A stretch of 64,000 nt of DNA from NCBI GenBank assembly GCA_017654855.1, contig CM030338.1, positions 3,782,001-3,846,000 on the forward strand, written 5' to 3'. The translations under genes and the position numbers were made by a program. This DNA comes from Podospora anserina. Lineage: Eukaryota. This document shows positions 1-12,250 of this stretch, in pieces (position 1 is the stretch's first letter; each line of letters starts with the position of its first letter). The notes below the pieces were generated by a model. It was not told the DNA's origin. It worked only from the letters and a program-made list of their open reading frames with translations, and searched no databases.

Positions 1-733
1 ACGAACTGAAGTTCTCGAACACCCTGTTGTTCACCAAACTGAGCACTCAGTTGGCCAACCCCCAGTTGAGCACCCAGTTGAGTGCCTAGGTACCTAGGCA
101 GCACAATGGCCTACACTTGTTCACAAGATCAAGGTAGCCTTTTATATTGGGCTCTGGGGCAAATAAAGCGCAGATATTTCTTCAAATTCACTCTCTCGTA
201 TGCCGATCCCAGATGTCACCATCCGCGCCCAAGAGGATAGTGCCGCCGCACTCGGCAGCTTCCCCAATGCGGAAGCTCGCTCTCATTCAGGCGGCCAGTT
301 CCGAAATCCGGGGTGCATAATCCACTGCCGCCGATGAATACTACCGTTACCCAGTTTTTATTTCGTCACAATGCCCACGTCGTTTCATTCTTATTGCAAC
401 TGTCCACTGGTCTTTCGGCGCGGATGAGCACCGAAAGCAACAGCAAGCGGCATAGGAACGTTCGGGGGCGAGAGCTCCGAAAGTCAGTGGGCATTGACAT
501 AAATCCCACGAATGATCAGGTCGTGTTTACAAGAGGCTTGTTTAATATCGCCGGTAATTATACCCGTAGAGCAACCATCCCGGCTCGGCAGTCCGCCGGG
601 TGATTTCTGGTGAACAGTATAAATCTCTCCGTTCACCTCTCCGTCAGGTCCATATACCTCTTTTCTCGGTATCAACATCCAACTCCCAATCCCTGTGCTG
701 ACCGTCATCGTCTCTGGGATCACGCTGCCCAAC

Positions 734-1273
734 ATGCGTGTCCTTCTCCAGCTCTTTACCCTCCTCTGGGTCTACACATCCTTCGCCACCGCAGCCATCA
801 GCTGGAGCCTCCAGAAGGCGAGCAACCCGACCTCTGACCAGAACGACGCCTACGCCCGTATCGAGAATGCCATGCGTCTCGCCGTTGCCAGGTACAACAG
901 GCTCGCTCCACGGGCAAACAAAGTCGTGACAGTCCAATACGTCCCCTCTGTCCAAACCGCTGACGGCAACTTCAACGGCAACATCCGCTTCGGCTCAAAC
1001 AGGTCCTATATGAATGAACGAGTTGCGCTACACGAGATCTCTCACACGCTAGGTGTGGGTACCACCAACGGGTTCAACCAGCGCTGCTCTCAAAACAACT
1101 GGCCGACAGCCACCCCCCTTCTGAAGAGCTGGGATGGGCAAGACGCAAAGATTAACTGCGGAGGCTCACACGTGTGGCCTTATGGTCTTAACCAGAATTC
1201 AGAAATGAGTGAAACGAACGCGAACAGACATTGTCAGCTCGTGAACGCGATGATCATTGATGGCATGTTTTGA
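734..1273 (+). CDS. Small secreted zinc metallopeptidase-like protein (HExxH)
   Basis: ATG at 734; signal peptide MRVLLQLFTLLWVYTSFATA; motif ALHEISHTLGVG; intronless. Confidence 0.75.
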   Translation: MRVLLQLFTLLWVYTSFATAAISWSLQKASNPTSDQNDAYARIENAMRLAVARYNRLAPRANKVVTVQYVPSVQTADGNFNGNIRFGSNRSYMNERVALHEISHTLGVGTTNGFNQRCSQNNWPTATPLLKSWDGQDAKINCGGSHVWPYGLNQNSEMSETNANRHCQLVNAMIIDGMF

Positions 1274-1383
1274 TGGGTTAGGGTTGTGAATTGGGTTAGG
1301 GTTAAGGTTACTTGGAGTTTTGCACACAGCATCCTCACAGGGGCTTTCCCCTGTCACCGGCTCAGAGAAAGAAAGAAGAGCAA

Positions 1384-2632
1384 TTACTCATCCCATCTGC
1401 TCTCCAGTCCATTGACCCCCCTCGGCCTTTCTGCCAGCGTCGTGATCCTGAACCCATGCCTCAACCCTTCCTGGGGCACGTGAACATTGTAATCGCTGAT
1501 AGCAGTGTGACTTGTCACCCTATTATCCCAGAGTGCGACCGTCCCCTCCTCCCACTTGACCCTCACTTGAAAGTCCTGGCCAAACGTGATGTGGTGGAAA
1601 AGAAGCTTCAACAGCGCCTCGCTCTCCTCATCCTTCAGCCCCACAATCCTCTTGGTAAAACCCGGGTTGACAAAAAGTGCCTTTTGGCCTGTGGCAGGGT
1701 GAACCCGAACGATCGGGTGCTCGGTTTTCACTGGTTCGCGGCGCACAAACAGGCCGTCACGGCGGGCGCCTTCTGCTTGGGGAAAGCCGGAGTGCTCAGC
1801 GCGGAGGTTTTCAAGAAGCGCCTGGATGGGAGGGGAAAGACGGGCATAGGCGGCAGTTTGGGACTCCCATGCGGTGTCGCCTCCTGTAGGGGGCACCGAG
1901 AGCAAAGTCAGGATGGTGATCCCGGGGGGTTGGCGCTCGTAGGAAACGTCCGAGTGATAGCCGGTCGTGGTGAGACGGTTGCCTCGGCGGCGGTTCCTGT
2001 ATTCGTTGTCGCTACCCAAATATATGTTATGCAATTCTTGCGATTCTTTGACGTGGGCACCGACGGGCTGAGAGGGAAGGGGTTAGAATCATCTAGACAG
2101 GGCAGGGAAGGGTAAAGGGGGGGGAGGGGGGGAGGCGCACATGAATGTGAAGAGGCCCAAAGTACCGGCCAAACTCTTTTTGCTTCTCGATGCCAATGTC
2201 TTTGAAGTCCTGATCGCGGAAAACGACGACGCCTCTCTCGGCGATGAGGAGAGCCAACTCGTCCTTTTGGATGTCGTTGAGCTGACTCAGCTGAAGACCC
2301 CGGATTTCGGTTCCAATACCAGGCGTCAAATTGATCACTTTGAGAGCGGGGACATTCTCTTTGGACAAGAGATTGGGCTTTTCCTTGTTGGCGACGAGAC
2401 CTCTGTCGTTGAACTCGAAGGGTTTGAGAGGGGGAAAAGTGGTCTCGGTGTCATAGACAGGGAGGTATGCCGAGTATTTGTACTAGGGAAGGCTGTTAGT
2501 TTCATGGACGCCATGGAGGTAGGGCATGACAGCAAGTACCTCCTCATGAATCTCCTCCTGGTAGGCCAGGGTCAACTTGAGAGGGGCACTCTCGGTGGCG
2601 GCGGTGGTTTGAGTCTGCGTGATGGTCGCCAT
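1384..2632 (-). CDS. TauD/TfdA family alpha-ketoglutarate-dependent (sulfonate/taurine) dioxygenase, spliced
   Basis: LTPGIGTEIRG..LIAERGVVVFRDQD, H-x-D motif GYHSDVSYE, GGDTAW, HPIVRVHPATG, WDNRVTSHTA, spread over several ORF pieces joined by introns. Confidence 0.9.
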
Positions 2633-2867
2633 GTTGTGAATGTTGAGTTGGCTGAATCTGAATGTCTTCGTTCGTGGTTTATCAACACCCTTTTTATATC
2701 TCCTCGATTGCTTCTGGCCTGATCCTATTTGCACACCTACGCGGCAATCGTGTATGCTGGCAAGTGTCAGCACGTCAACGACACGCATATGACGAACCAA
2801 CCTCTCGATCTTGACGGTACGTCGTGGACAAAATATCTTTCACTGCACAAAAAACTAAATGACGCGT

Positions 2868-3000
2868 CGAAAGATAGTCAATACGCCTTAAAAGACAGTG
2901 AATAGGCCTAAGAGGGTAGTCAATAGGCATTAAAAGATAGTTTGATATGCATTGAAAGATAGTTCATAGGCCTACGAAATGGTTATGAGGCCTATCGACT
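2868..3000. repeat. Degenerate 21-bp tandem repeat array (reverse orientation, AAAAGATAGTYAATAGGCCTT-like)
   Basis: About 6 units, e.g. aaagatagtcaatacgcctt / aaagacagtgaataggccta / aaagatagttcataggccta. Confidence 0.75.
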
Positions 3001-3382
3001 TTCTTGAACGCATAGTTCAGAATATAATGTGCGTTGACTTACCTTTGCATGGCCAATTATTTTGTCCACAACGCGTGGCTGTCTGCTGTGTATCATGGGT
3101 GCGGGGTGTTTGGAGTCGTGATTTGCACAGAAATGGCGATGGCTACGCCATCAGGCATTGACCACTGAAACGACATCAACAGAAGCAGTGGCCTTATTTC
3201 CGGGACAGTGAAGTCGAAGCTCTGCCGGGATCGGGACCGAGCCGGCTCCGTGCGCCGCAGCTCGGCGTGGCTGTGCGTTGATGCCATTCAAGAAACGGCG
3301 ATGCAATGTCATGGGAAACTGTGAAGCCTCTGGAGATAGGTACCCGACGTTACTTTATAACTCAGCTAGCTGGCCAAACCCA

Positions 3383-3962
3383 CTAAAACACACCGCTGAC
3401 ATAGTCGAGCACGGTAATCTTCTCGACCAGAGGTTCAATCTCCTTCTTGAAAGCCAGATGGGCGGGGTCCTGTTCCACGTAGTAATTTCTATCATCCGTG
3501 TTTTCGAATTGCACAACGAAAGCATGTGTCATGCCATTCTTGTCCGAGAGGTCAGCCCATGAGACATGGCGAGGAGGCAAGAGTGGGACGTACCTGGAGG
3601 TTTTCTGGGGAGTTATCTCGACCTCCTGTAATACTCTTGATATACGCGTGTTGCGAATTGGGCCGAAGGCAGTTTTCCTTGAGAGACAAGATCTTGGCAC
3701 AGGCCTGATATCATGTGAGAAGGGTGTTAATTGGCCGGTAAACGACGGGACTCACCACATCTACAGCTCCATCATCAAGATCGGGCTTAAACTTGAACAG
3801 GACAATGTGTGTCACCATTGTGGTCGAGCCTGGGGGTGCGAGGTTGTAGTTCATGGTGGATGCGAAGCCGATGGGGTCGAAGAACAGAAACACGGAGAGA
3901 ATGCAGAAGAGGGCGATGGTGATCCTCAACGCGTGAGGCCTGGCCCCGGAGATATTGACCAT
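3383..3962 (-). CDS. Stress-responsive A/B barrel (Dabb) domain protein with N-terminal hydrophobic anchor, spliced
   Basis: VTHIVLFKFKPD and GMTHAFVVQFENTDDRNYYVEQDPAHLAFK..VLDY match Dabb signatures. Confidence 0.8.
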
Positions 3963-4741
3963 GTTGAACGGGTACAGAGTGGTTTGCGCAACGCTGCGGG
4001 CTTCCGGTGTGTCCTTCCCCAGAAGGTCATCGCGATTGAATCAGCATGTCTCAGTGGCCTGGCTGGGCTGAGCTGAGAAAGCAGCACGTGACACAAGAGC
4101 CCCGATAATACCCCTGAGCAGCGCCGCAGCCCAGACTGCTTCTGTGTTAGCCCGTCCAATAATCCATTGAAAGTGTGTTGATTCTCGTGTTGTCCGACTC
4201 ATGAACCAACAGTCGTAATATCGTGAGATGGAGACGCGAAGGCACGTGAGGTTCTTGTGTCGGAGACTACGGTGACGTTCATTTTGCCTTGCAGCGACTG
4301 AGAGCCCCGCAATTTGCTTGGACGGCGTGGAGGGGCAGGGAGACACCAGCAAGAGCACTCGGCGCTGGCTTGGCACAGTCCAGACCAGTGACCTGGATGA
4401 AGTCGATGGTTGTCATTATTTTCTATCGACATTCTCATCCAAATCTCACCCTGTTTAGGTAGCTATGCACTAAACCACGGCGACGCATCCTCGGGACTCA
4501 AAAAGTAACGCCAAGCCCCGAAAACGTCACCACGGCTGGCGGCTTCGATGGTGCGTGCACAAATGACCCGCAACATGCTCTGCAAGGTGGGGTGGCCCTT
4601 CGCCGATGCCTTCGCCGATGCCTTCGCCGATGCCCACCCCGATTGATTGCTTGTTATCAGATCATCTGATTAAAAATCGCTCACGTTTCATGTCAAAACC
4701 AGAGACTGCTCGATTCACAACACCATCCGACTACTCTCATA

Positions 4742-5716
4742 ATGACGCTCATCATCGACACCAAGCTCAAGCTCAACAGTGGCTACGAGATCCCTCAACT
4801 GGGCTTCGGTGTCTACCAGACGTACGCTTCAAAACATGCTATTCTATCAATGTTGAGTGTGACATGCTGACGCTCACTATAGCCCCCCTTCAGATACAGC
4901 AAGATGCGTGTCCGAAGCTGTAAAGGCCGGCTACGCCCATGTGCGAGTCCCCCCTGTAGCATATGCGCAGTTACTGACCACCCCCAGATCGACTCTGCGG
5001 CATTGTACCGCAATGAAGGAGCTTGCGGCCAGGCCATTCGTTCCTTTTCCCGCGAGAAGATCTTCTTCACCACCAAGATCATGCCTTACACACTGGGCTA
5101 TGAGAGTGTTCAGTCCCAGATTGACCGCATGCTCAACGAGACGGGGCTCGGGTATCTCGATCTCGTGCTCATCCACGCCCCCTACGGCGGCTCGGCCAAA
5201 CGCAAAGAATCGTGGAAGGCCCTGGTGGAGGCTGTTGAGGCCGGCAAGGTCAGAAGCATCGGTGTAAGCAACTATGGCGTTGCCCATCTCCACGAGCTGG
5301 AAAGGCACATTGCCGAGTTGGAGGAGGAGCGCGGCGGCAAGGGCAAGGGCGGCGTCATCAGCGTCGGCCAGTGGGAGATTCACCCCTGGTGCCCCAGAGA
5401 CGACATTGTCGAGTGGTGCAAGAAAAGAAACATTGCTGTCGAGGCCTACTGCCCGTTAGTCCAGGGCAACCGATGGGGTGAGCCCATTGTCAAGAAGCTT
5501 GCCGAGAAGCATGGAAAGAGCGAAGCTCAGATCCTGATTCGTTGGAGCTTGCAGAAAGGCCTGGTCCCACTGCCCAAGAGCGTGAAGTCTGAAAGAATCG
5601 TCGCCAACGCTCAGGTCTACGACTTCGAGCTTACTGAGGAGGATATGAAGTCGTTAGACACTGGTGTGTACGAGCATGTGTCTTGGGATCCTACCACCGC
5701 TCCACTCAAGGATTAA
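4742..5716 (+). CDS. Aldo-keto reductase
   Basis: Exon 1 MTLIIDTKLKLNSGYEIPQLGFGVYQ; IDSAALYRNE, FFTTK, YLDLVLIHAP, SIGVSNY, LPKSVKSERI; two short 5' introns. Confidence 0.92.
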
Positions 5717-6098
5717 TTTCATCACGAGCGATAGTACCATCTTACCACGTCCGTTGTGGACCAAATGATAGAGACTGTCGCTAGCAGTAGGGCCTTGAAG
5801 ATAGCTAGCATACCTCCAGAGGTAGTGAGTAGGGCTTGACTACCTACCTTGTATCTTAATAGGCCTTTAAAGATAGTCCATATGTTTTCGGAGATGGTGG
5901 AAAAGCCTTGAAATGATTATATGAGGTGTTTTTCTTATGCTTTACGCACTTTCTTCTACGTTGTGATCTCTATCATTCTATTTACTACGTCTTATCTCAC
6001 TACATCATGCCTTCTCCGTCCCTCCCCCCTCTCCCTTGCACCCTCACCTTTCCCTTCCACTCTTTCCCGTCTCCTCCACCCTCTCCTCACCCCCACGC

Positions 6099-6165
6099 CC
6101 AGTTCAACGCCCAGTTCAACGCCCTGCTCAACGCCCTGCTCAACGCCTTGCTCAACGTCTAGTTG
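6099..6165. repeat. 12-bp tandem repeat (cccwgytcaacg) x5
   Basis: cccagttcaacg cccagttcaacg ccctgctcaacg ccctgctcaacg ccttgctcaacg. Confidence 0.8.
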
Positions 6166-6219
6166 AAAATTGTATCATTTTAAAAGGCCTACAACTTAAA
6201 CTCAACACTTTTTTCATTA

Positions 6220-6485
6220 TCTTTTAAGGCCTATCAAGTATCCTTTAAGGCCTTTTAATTATTTTCAAGGCCTATTTACTATCTTTTTAGGCCTATTGAA
6301 TTTCTTTTAAAGCGTATCAACTATCTTTGAAGGCCTATTAACTATCTTTGGAGGCCTATTAACGATCTTTTAAGGCCTATTACTTATTTTTAAGGCCTAT
6401 TAACTATATTTTAAGCTAAATGAACTATCTTTCGAGGCCTGCTGACTATCCTTCAAGACCTGTTGACTATTTTTAAAGCCTATTA
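6220..6485. repeat. 21-bp minisatellite array (AAGGCCTATTAACTATCTTTT consensus), about 12 units
   Basis: Recurrent aggcctat..actatcttt with about 21-bp period; largest array of this family in the window. Confidence 0.9.
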
Positions 6486-6533
6486 TCTAGGTAGGTACCA
6501 AGCATCACTGACGATGTAGCGCGGTCTAGAATT

Positions 6534-8066
6534 TCAGGAACTTTGAACCGGGACAAAAACCACCAGTACGGCGAGGAATCTGTTGATGTCGTGTCAGCCT
6601 CTTCTTCTGTGGCTCCTACGAGGGGATTCGTGGCCATGCATGATTCTGGTGCACTACCTGTTTGGTTCAGGGAGTCAGGGGCTAAGGGTTCAGGGTTTAA
6701 ATAGGGGTCATCACTGGAGTGCAAAGAAGAGTGTTAAGAGAGACAGAGAAGCTTACGCGGAGGTGGCCGTAAACACTTGAACTCTTGTCCCTTCGGTCAT
6801 GCACATGACTGCTATGGCGAAGAGGACTGTGAAGCATGTGATCATGGCCAGTTTATGGTACAAGTTGGGGACGATAGAGAGGCAAAGAATGGCGACAATT
6901 GGAAGCATGCAGGCCACCAAAGTTGCTCCGCGATAAGTCAGCTTGAGTAGCGTGTCGCCCGAGTATGCTCGAACGTTGTCCTTTCCGATGTTAGTAACCT
7001 GATAGGCTGGCTGGATGACCACCAATCTGAATGTTGACTCACGGTTCTTGACCTCCTTTTCTGCGCTTCTTTATCTGCATCCTCCACATGGTTGGTAGAT
7101 GTCTTTTCGCTTCCCTCTTGACCGGCCGTAGACTCCGAATCATCCGCTTCTCTCTTGTGGGGGTTTTTTACAGCTTCTCTGAAGGGAATGAGTTCCTCCG
7201 CGAGCCACCGTGTCAGGCCGTCGACATCCTTTCGCCAACGAGGTGCCACAAGGTCTGCTCTGGTTGGCGGTTCCGTCTTGTTCCAGAAGCTGATGAGATT
7301 CATGAACTGTTGGCGAAGTGGGGGAGGCTCTGGCTTCTTTTGCTGATCCCCCCATATCTCGCTGCCAACTCCTTGAACAGTCATGTTCCCATGATCTTCG
7401 TCCTGGAGCCACTTCACTAGTTGTCGCATGTTGTGAGTACTGGGTTCAGGGAGCGTTGATATTCGGGAGTACTGCAAGAGCGCTTCGTCTATGCCAATGT
7501 GAGCCCACGACCCGAAATATTTGACGAACTGAGGAGAATACAACAAGATTGAACATACCGTAGCCCTTCAAACATTCCCTCAATTCTCGAATCTTCAAAA
7601 ACTGTTTACTGTTGGTGCCCGGTCCCCAGAAAATCTTCTCGGGTTCTTTGTGAAACTCAGACTCGCCATGAAGGTCGAGACCATTCGAATCCCTGTCCAG
7701 CTCTTCCAGATCCTTCAATTGTTCCCTCAACACTGATAACTCGACTTGATAATACAAAAGGTTTTTGATATGAAGGTCATGGAACCGCGAAAAGGCCGCA
7801 AAATCTGGTGTCTTCGTCATCAATCTTGCGAGATCAAGCCAGCCTTCAGCGGGGATTGGTTCCTCAATGGCAATCGATGCGAGTGATGGAGTCGGTTGGT
7901 GTTCCGCTCCGTCTATTGCTTGTGTCGGGTTGATCAAGGGATCCACTGACGCCGCTGTTACAGTTGTCGGAGCGCTGCTTCCACGCGACCTGTCACTCCC
8001 CATGGGACTGGTTGGGCTTGAGGGCTCTGAGCCTAGAGTTGAGCCTGCAAAGTCTGAGCGTGCCAT
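6534..8066 (-). CDS. DUF6594-like membrane protein, spliced
   Basis: FAAFSRFHDLHIKNLLYYQVEL motif; C-terminal TM helices; last exon rebuilt as ..VFTATSA/FLAVLVVFVPVQSS* (stop at 6534-6536). Confidence 0.75.
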
Positions 8067-10029
8067 CTTGAAGCCTAAGCGTACGTTTCTGGCTGATAAT
8101 GATGGCTGTGCAGCAAATGATATTCGGAAAGCTCGAAGCGCAGCCTTTTCAACGGGTGATGGGAAGCCAGTCCAGAGACTGGGGATTGGAGTGGCAGTCT
8201 CATGGTTAAATGGGTCTGGTTGACAGCCTGTGTAGCAGGAATGCCCACTCATGATGTGATCAAAACTGCACTTAATCTACTGTATTTCTTAACACGTCAA
8301 ATCAAATGGCGGATGTGTTGTGCATTGCATCCTCGCATTGCAGCAGTTCCACGAGGTCTTATAGGCTGAGGGTTGATTGATGCAGGCAGTTGACCTTCAA
8401 GCTTCCTATTTGCCGCCATATATCAGTTCGTGTTCAGCAGCTATAATCTGCCGCCATGATTGATATGCCCCTGGCCGAGAAGATGATAAGTCTCATGAGC
8501 ACACTCTGGTTGAAACGACAGTCGCTATCTCCTGAGATTTGGAACCCTTTTGGTTCACATGAGGCGGAGTCCGACATGTTGATTTCTAAAGAGACTCACA
8601 TATAATGACAAGATGGTTGTCGTTGGTGATGTGGCGCAATGGTGGTTAGCCCTGGTAGGCAGGAGTGGTCGACAAAGTAATAGAGATTGCACAAAGAATT
8701 TAAGCGCTTCAAAGATAATTGATATGCCTTCGACAATCTTTTTAGGGCCCTCTGACTATCTTGAGAGGCCTATTTCCTATCTTTTAGAGGTATATTGCGT
8801 ATCTTGAGGGGCCTGTTGACTCTTTCGCAAGGCCTCAATCTCTTTGTTTACAACGTGACGGAATACCCAGCGGACTCGTATGAACATCATGTACCTAGCT
8901 AGGTACCTACGTTTCCTGCATGGTCTAATTAGCTACTAGCCCTCACCAGGTCACGTCAACTGAGGAGAACCATACATGTGGTGCCACCAGGATCCTCGAA
9001 TGCTACTTGTCTGATTACGAAGTGTGAGAGCAGAATCATGATCTGACTGAGGCATAAGGCTCTCGGCAATGACTACCGGATAGTAATGGATGCCACACAC
9101 CACAAGATAATTCCCGCAGCAAACTCTGGTAAGGGTGCGTGGCAGTGCACACACTTGTCAAATCAAGTCCCTGGTTGTGTGCGACACACCATGAGTAACA
9201 TTGGAACCTAACATCTGAGCGCTGGTGTAGAACAGGCCCCAGATTGGAGAGCCCCAACAATCAGAGGACGTACCATGAGGCTCCGTAGTCACCTACCATG
9301 GGATTGAAGGCAGGCTCCATGCATTGTACATTCACAACTCAGAATTGCTGTATGTTGTGTATGCATAACTTTATGCATCCATAGATTCAGTGGTATTGTT
9401 TACAATTTGTTTTGTGAACACACAGTTAACGAAAGAATACACAAAGATAACCTTTGTTGTTCTATCCGGCGTTGCGAAAGGTCAAACGATGAAGAACAGA
9501 GCCTCACGGGTCGAGCTGACAACTAACAGGTTGAGGCATCACAGCTGATTGCCCCCCTCAAGTCCAGGTGTGCCTCATTTCGACCAGGGGGTTACCACCA
9601 AGGGCCAATCCCTTGGCCATAAAAGGGCAGGCAATACTTTCTTGACGCAGTAGATGGCCGAAATTGGACAGTATCGTTTGGGAAGGCCTGACGCCTCACC
9701 AAAAATGAACAGGCCCTGAACACCATCTTCAGCTCTCCCGCGTCCGGGGCCATCCACAGACCACCATCCAACTCCAAACCGTGAAAGTACTTGATAAGGT
9801 GATGCGTATCGGTGAGGGCGAGCCCCTCTTTTCTTTACCTATTGTAACTGGCCTTCTCACGGTGAAGAGCCCCGAACAAGCCGGTGATGATCACGACACA
9901 GCAAACAACATCACCAGGCTCTGCGGCACAACGGCCTCTTTGACCTGAAAATTCTGGTTTCCGTGTGTACGCCACGCTCGAAAGAGTACATGCGAAAGTT
10001 CCCGTTCTTATGGTCCGAGCCTTGTTGTG

Positions 10030-10167
10030 TGTCTATCTCAGCTCAAGGTAGACAGATATAAGTTTCCACGCTGTTTGATCCCAGCTACACACAGGTCCAC
10101 AGAAGCATTTGTCCATCTCAGCTTCAGAAAGACAGAAGGGTTTGTCTATCTCAGGATTATATAGACG
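10030..10167. promoter_or_regulatory. Three spaced inverted-repeat elements TGTCTA-N13-TAGACA upstream of a small gene
   Basis: 10030 tgtcta-tctcagctcaagg-tagaca; 10110 tgtcca-tctcagcttcaga-aagaca; 10143 tgtcta-tctcaggattata-tagacg. Confidence 0.55.
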
Positions 10168-10218
10168 AACTACCTCCTTCTACCCACGCCAGTTACACGC
10201 ATAACACCAAACGATAAG

Positions 10219-10639
10219 ATGTCCGGTACTGGAGGCGCTACTTTTGTCGATGGGCGCTGTAGGTTATTTCGTCTGAGTCAGCGTGACGGGGCACTTCAAT
10301 AGACACTAACATTTCTATATAGCGCCACAGGCCTGGAAGCTCGAAAAAGCCAGACTAGATAAAGCTCTCACCGATGCGCAACGAACGCTCGATGGCCGCA
10401 AGAGAAGCGACCCGGAAGGCAAAGATCCGAGAACTGCGAATGCTGTTGCTCTAGCGCAGTATGCCGTTGATGTGGCGAACATTCATGTGGCACAATACCA
10501 CATACGTGTAGCGTTTGCCAGTGGAGATGTTGATGACAAGAAGAAGAAGTCTCTTCTGGAGCAGTTGGCTGAGTTGGAAACGGAACTTCAGGAGTTGGCC
10601 CAGGGAAAAGCGAAGAAGGCTGCAAATGGCCAGAACTGA
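10219..10639 (+). CDS. Small helical/coiled-coil protein of unknown function (about 119 aa), one intron; absent from the ORF track
   Basis: ATG 10219; intron GTAGGT..CTAAC..TAG (about 10259-10322); spliced frame MSGTGGATFVDGRSPQAWKLEKARLDKAL...LLEQLAELETELQELAQGKAKKAANGQN*. Confidence 0.65.
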
Positions 10640-11241
10640 TGGTTTTCATACCTAGGTAAGGGACAGCTATGTGCAAGGACAAGGACAAGGACCTACACTC
10701 GTTTACAAGATCAGGATGTCCTTTGACGCTGGGTTTGTCGCAAATGGAGGACAGATCTTTCTTTGAACCAACCCTCTTGTATGTCGATTTCAGATATTTC
10801 TTCTGTGCATCAAAGTCAGTCTTTTCCGAGTGTAATCCTTTCCCACTCGCACCCACATTCAGGTGGCTTGAGATGCTTTCCAACGAGTAGGTAGGCAGTT
10901 CGGAAGGCAGGTTCCGTCAGCTAGCGATTGGAAGCATGAGGGAAGCGGGTCATCCCGCTGTTTACATCTCCATCGCAATTTATCCGATCATTTCGATGCA
11001 ACACTTCCTCCCAAACCGGGTCTTCGTTCCCAAATTCCCGGGAATACCTGCCCCAGCTCCATTCCGTCCATTCTGAAAAGGCAAGTCGGACGACTGAACC
11101 GGGCCGGCTACGCCAAGGTCCCTGTGTGGGTGGGTATCATGAAAATGTCATAAAGTCTCACTTTTCCACCGTTGAAGCTTGGTGAAAAGCTTGACTCTTC
11201 TTGTCACCTTGGCATTGTTCAATCTCAACTTGGCTCTCAAG

Positions 11242-12164
11242 ATGCGTGTTTTCTCTGCTGTTCTCCTACTGACGGCCGGTGCGGCGGCCCAACGCGGGCC
11301 ATATGAGCAGTGTGGTGGTACCGGGCGACCAGACGAGAGCTGCAGTGCTGGCTGGCAGTGCACCACATACAAGTAAAGCCTTCTCAAGACTCCTATTCCT
11401 ACATTGTGGTCGATGATTACTGACGCTTCCCAGCCCATATTATGCCCAGTGCGTTCCAGCAGCCACCTCCGCCCCGGTACCAACCTCGACACCGGCGCCG
11501 TCTCCCACACCTGTCCCATCATCTTCCCAGCTTATTACCTCCTCCTCTCGTGTAATCACCACTCTCACCACTGTCACTACACCCCCATCCATCACCACCT
11601 CTACCCAAGCCGGCTCAGGCTCCGGCCCGGTTGTCCCCACTCCAACCACGCTGCAATCAGGGTGGTACTGGATCCGCGCGGTCGCCACGCCCAACTACCG
11701 CTCTTATCTCCAGCCCCAGCCGACATCCACCCCCGTCCCCAGAGCAGCGGTCCTCGCCAACTCCAAGACGGCCGCCCAGTTCCAGCTCACCTCCGGCCAG
11801 CTAATCCAGAACAACTTTGGCAACTCCCCCAACCTCTACCTCAACGTCGAGAACCCCACCGACAAAACCCAAAGAAGACTCAGGACATGGTTTGACACCA
11901 CACCAAACACCTATGGTACCTTTGGCTGGCAGGGCGACACCCTCACCTGGACCGTCAGTGACATCAACAGGCCCAACAGTGCTGCTTGGTTGGTCTGTGG
12001 TGATAGCAAGGAGGTCTTCATCAACACTGGGGCGTTCCTGTGGGATACACCTGCGGGATGTTTCGATCATACTGTAAGTTTGGCTTTTCCCTTCATACGA
12101 CAAGTGAGCTAACAGCTGGGGGTGATAGATCCACTCGTACAATGGCGCCCAGGCCGATGTTTGA
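11242..12164 (+). CDS. Secreted CBM1 (cellulose-binding) protein with S/T/P linker and C-terminal beta domain
   Basis: Signal peptide; QCGG..C..GWQCTTYNPYYAQC after splicing; linker; WYWIRAV..; two introns. Confidence 0.85.
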
Positions 12165-12250
12165 GATGGAGAAGATTTCGAAAAGTGATGCTCAATGGGT
12201 TGATGGTTGCATAGTGATAGAGGAATCGAGATTAGAAAACAATCGAGACC

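Noticed and set aside
1275..1310. TTAGGG telomere-like repeats (also about 26163, 52748, 63728)
   Set aside because: Only 2-3 imperfect units each; not a telomere or a convincing fusion scar.
6220..6485. Possible CRISPR-like array
   Set aside because: Units are contiguous degenerate tandem repeats without unique spacers; eukaryotic context; no cas genes.
9575..9960. Short coding-like minus-strand fragment
   Set aside because: No clear start, splice model or family match.
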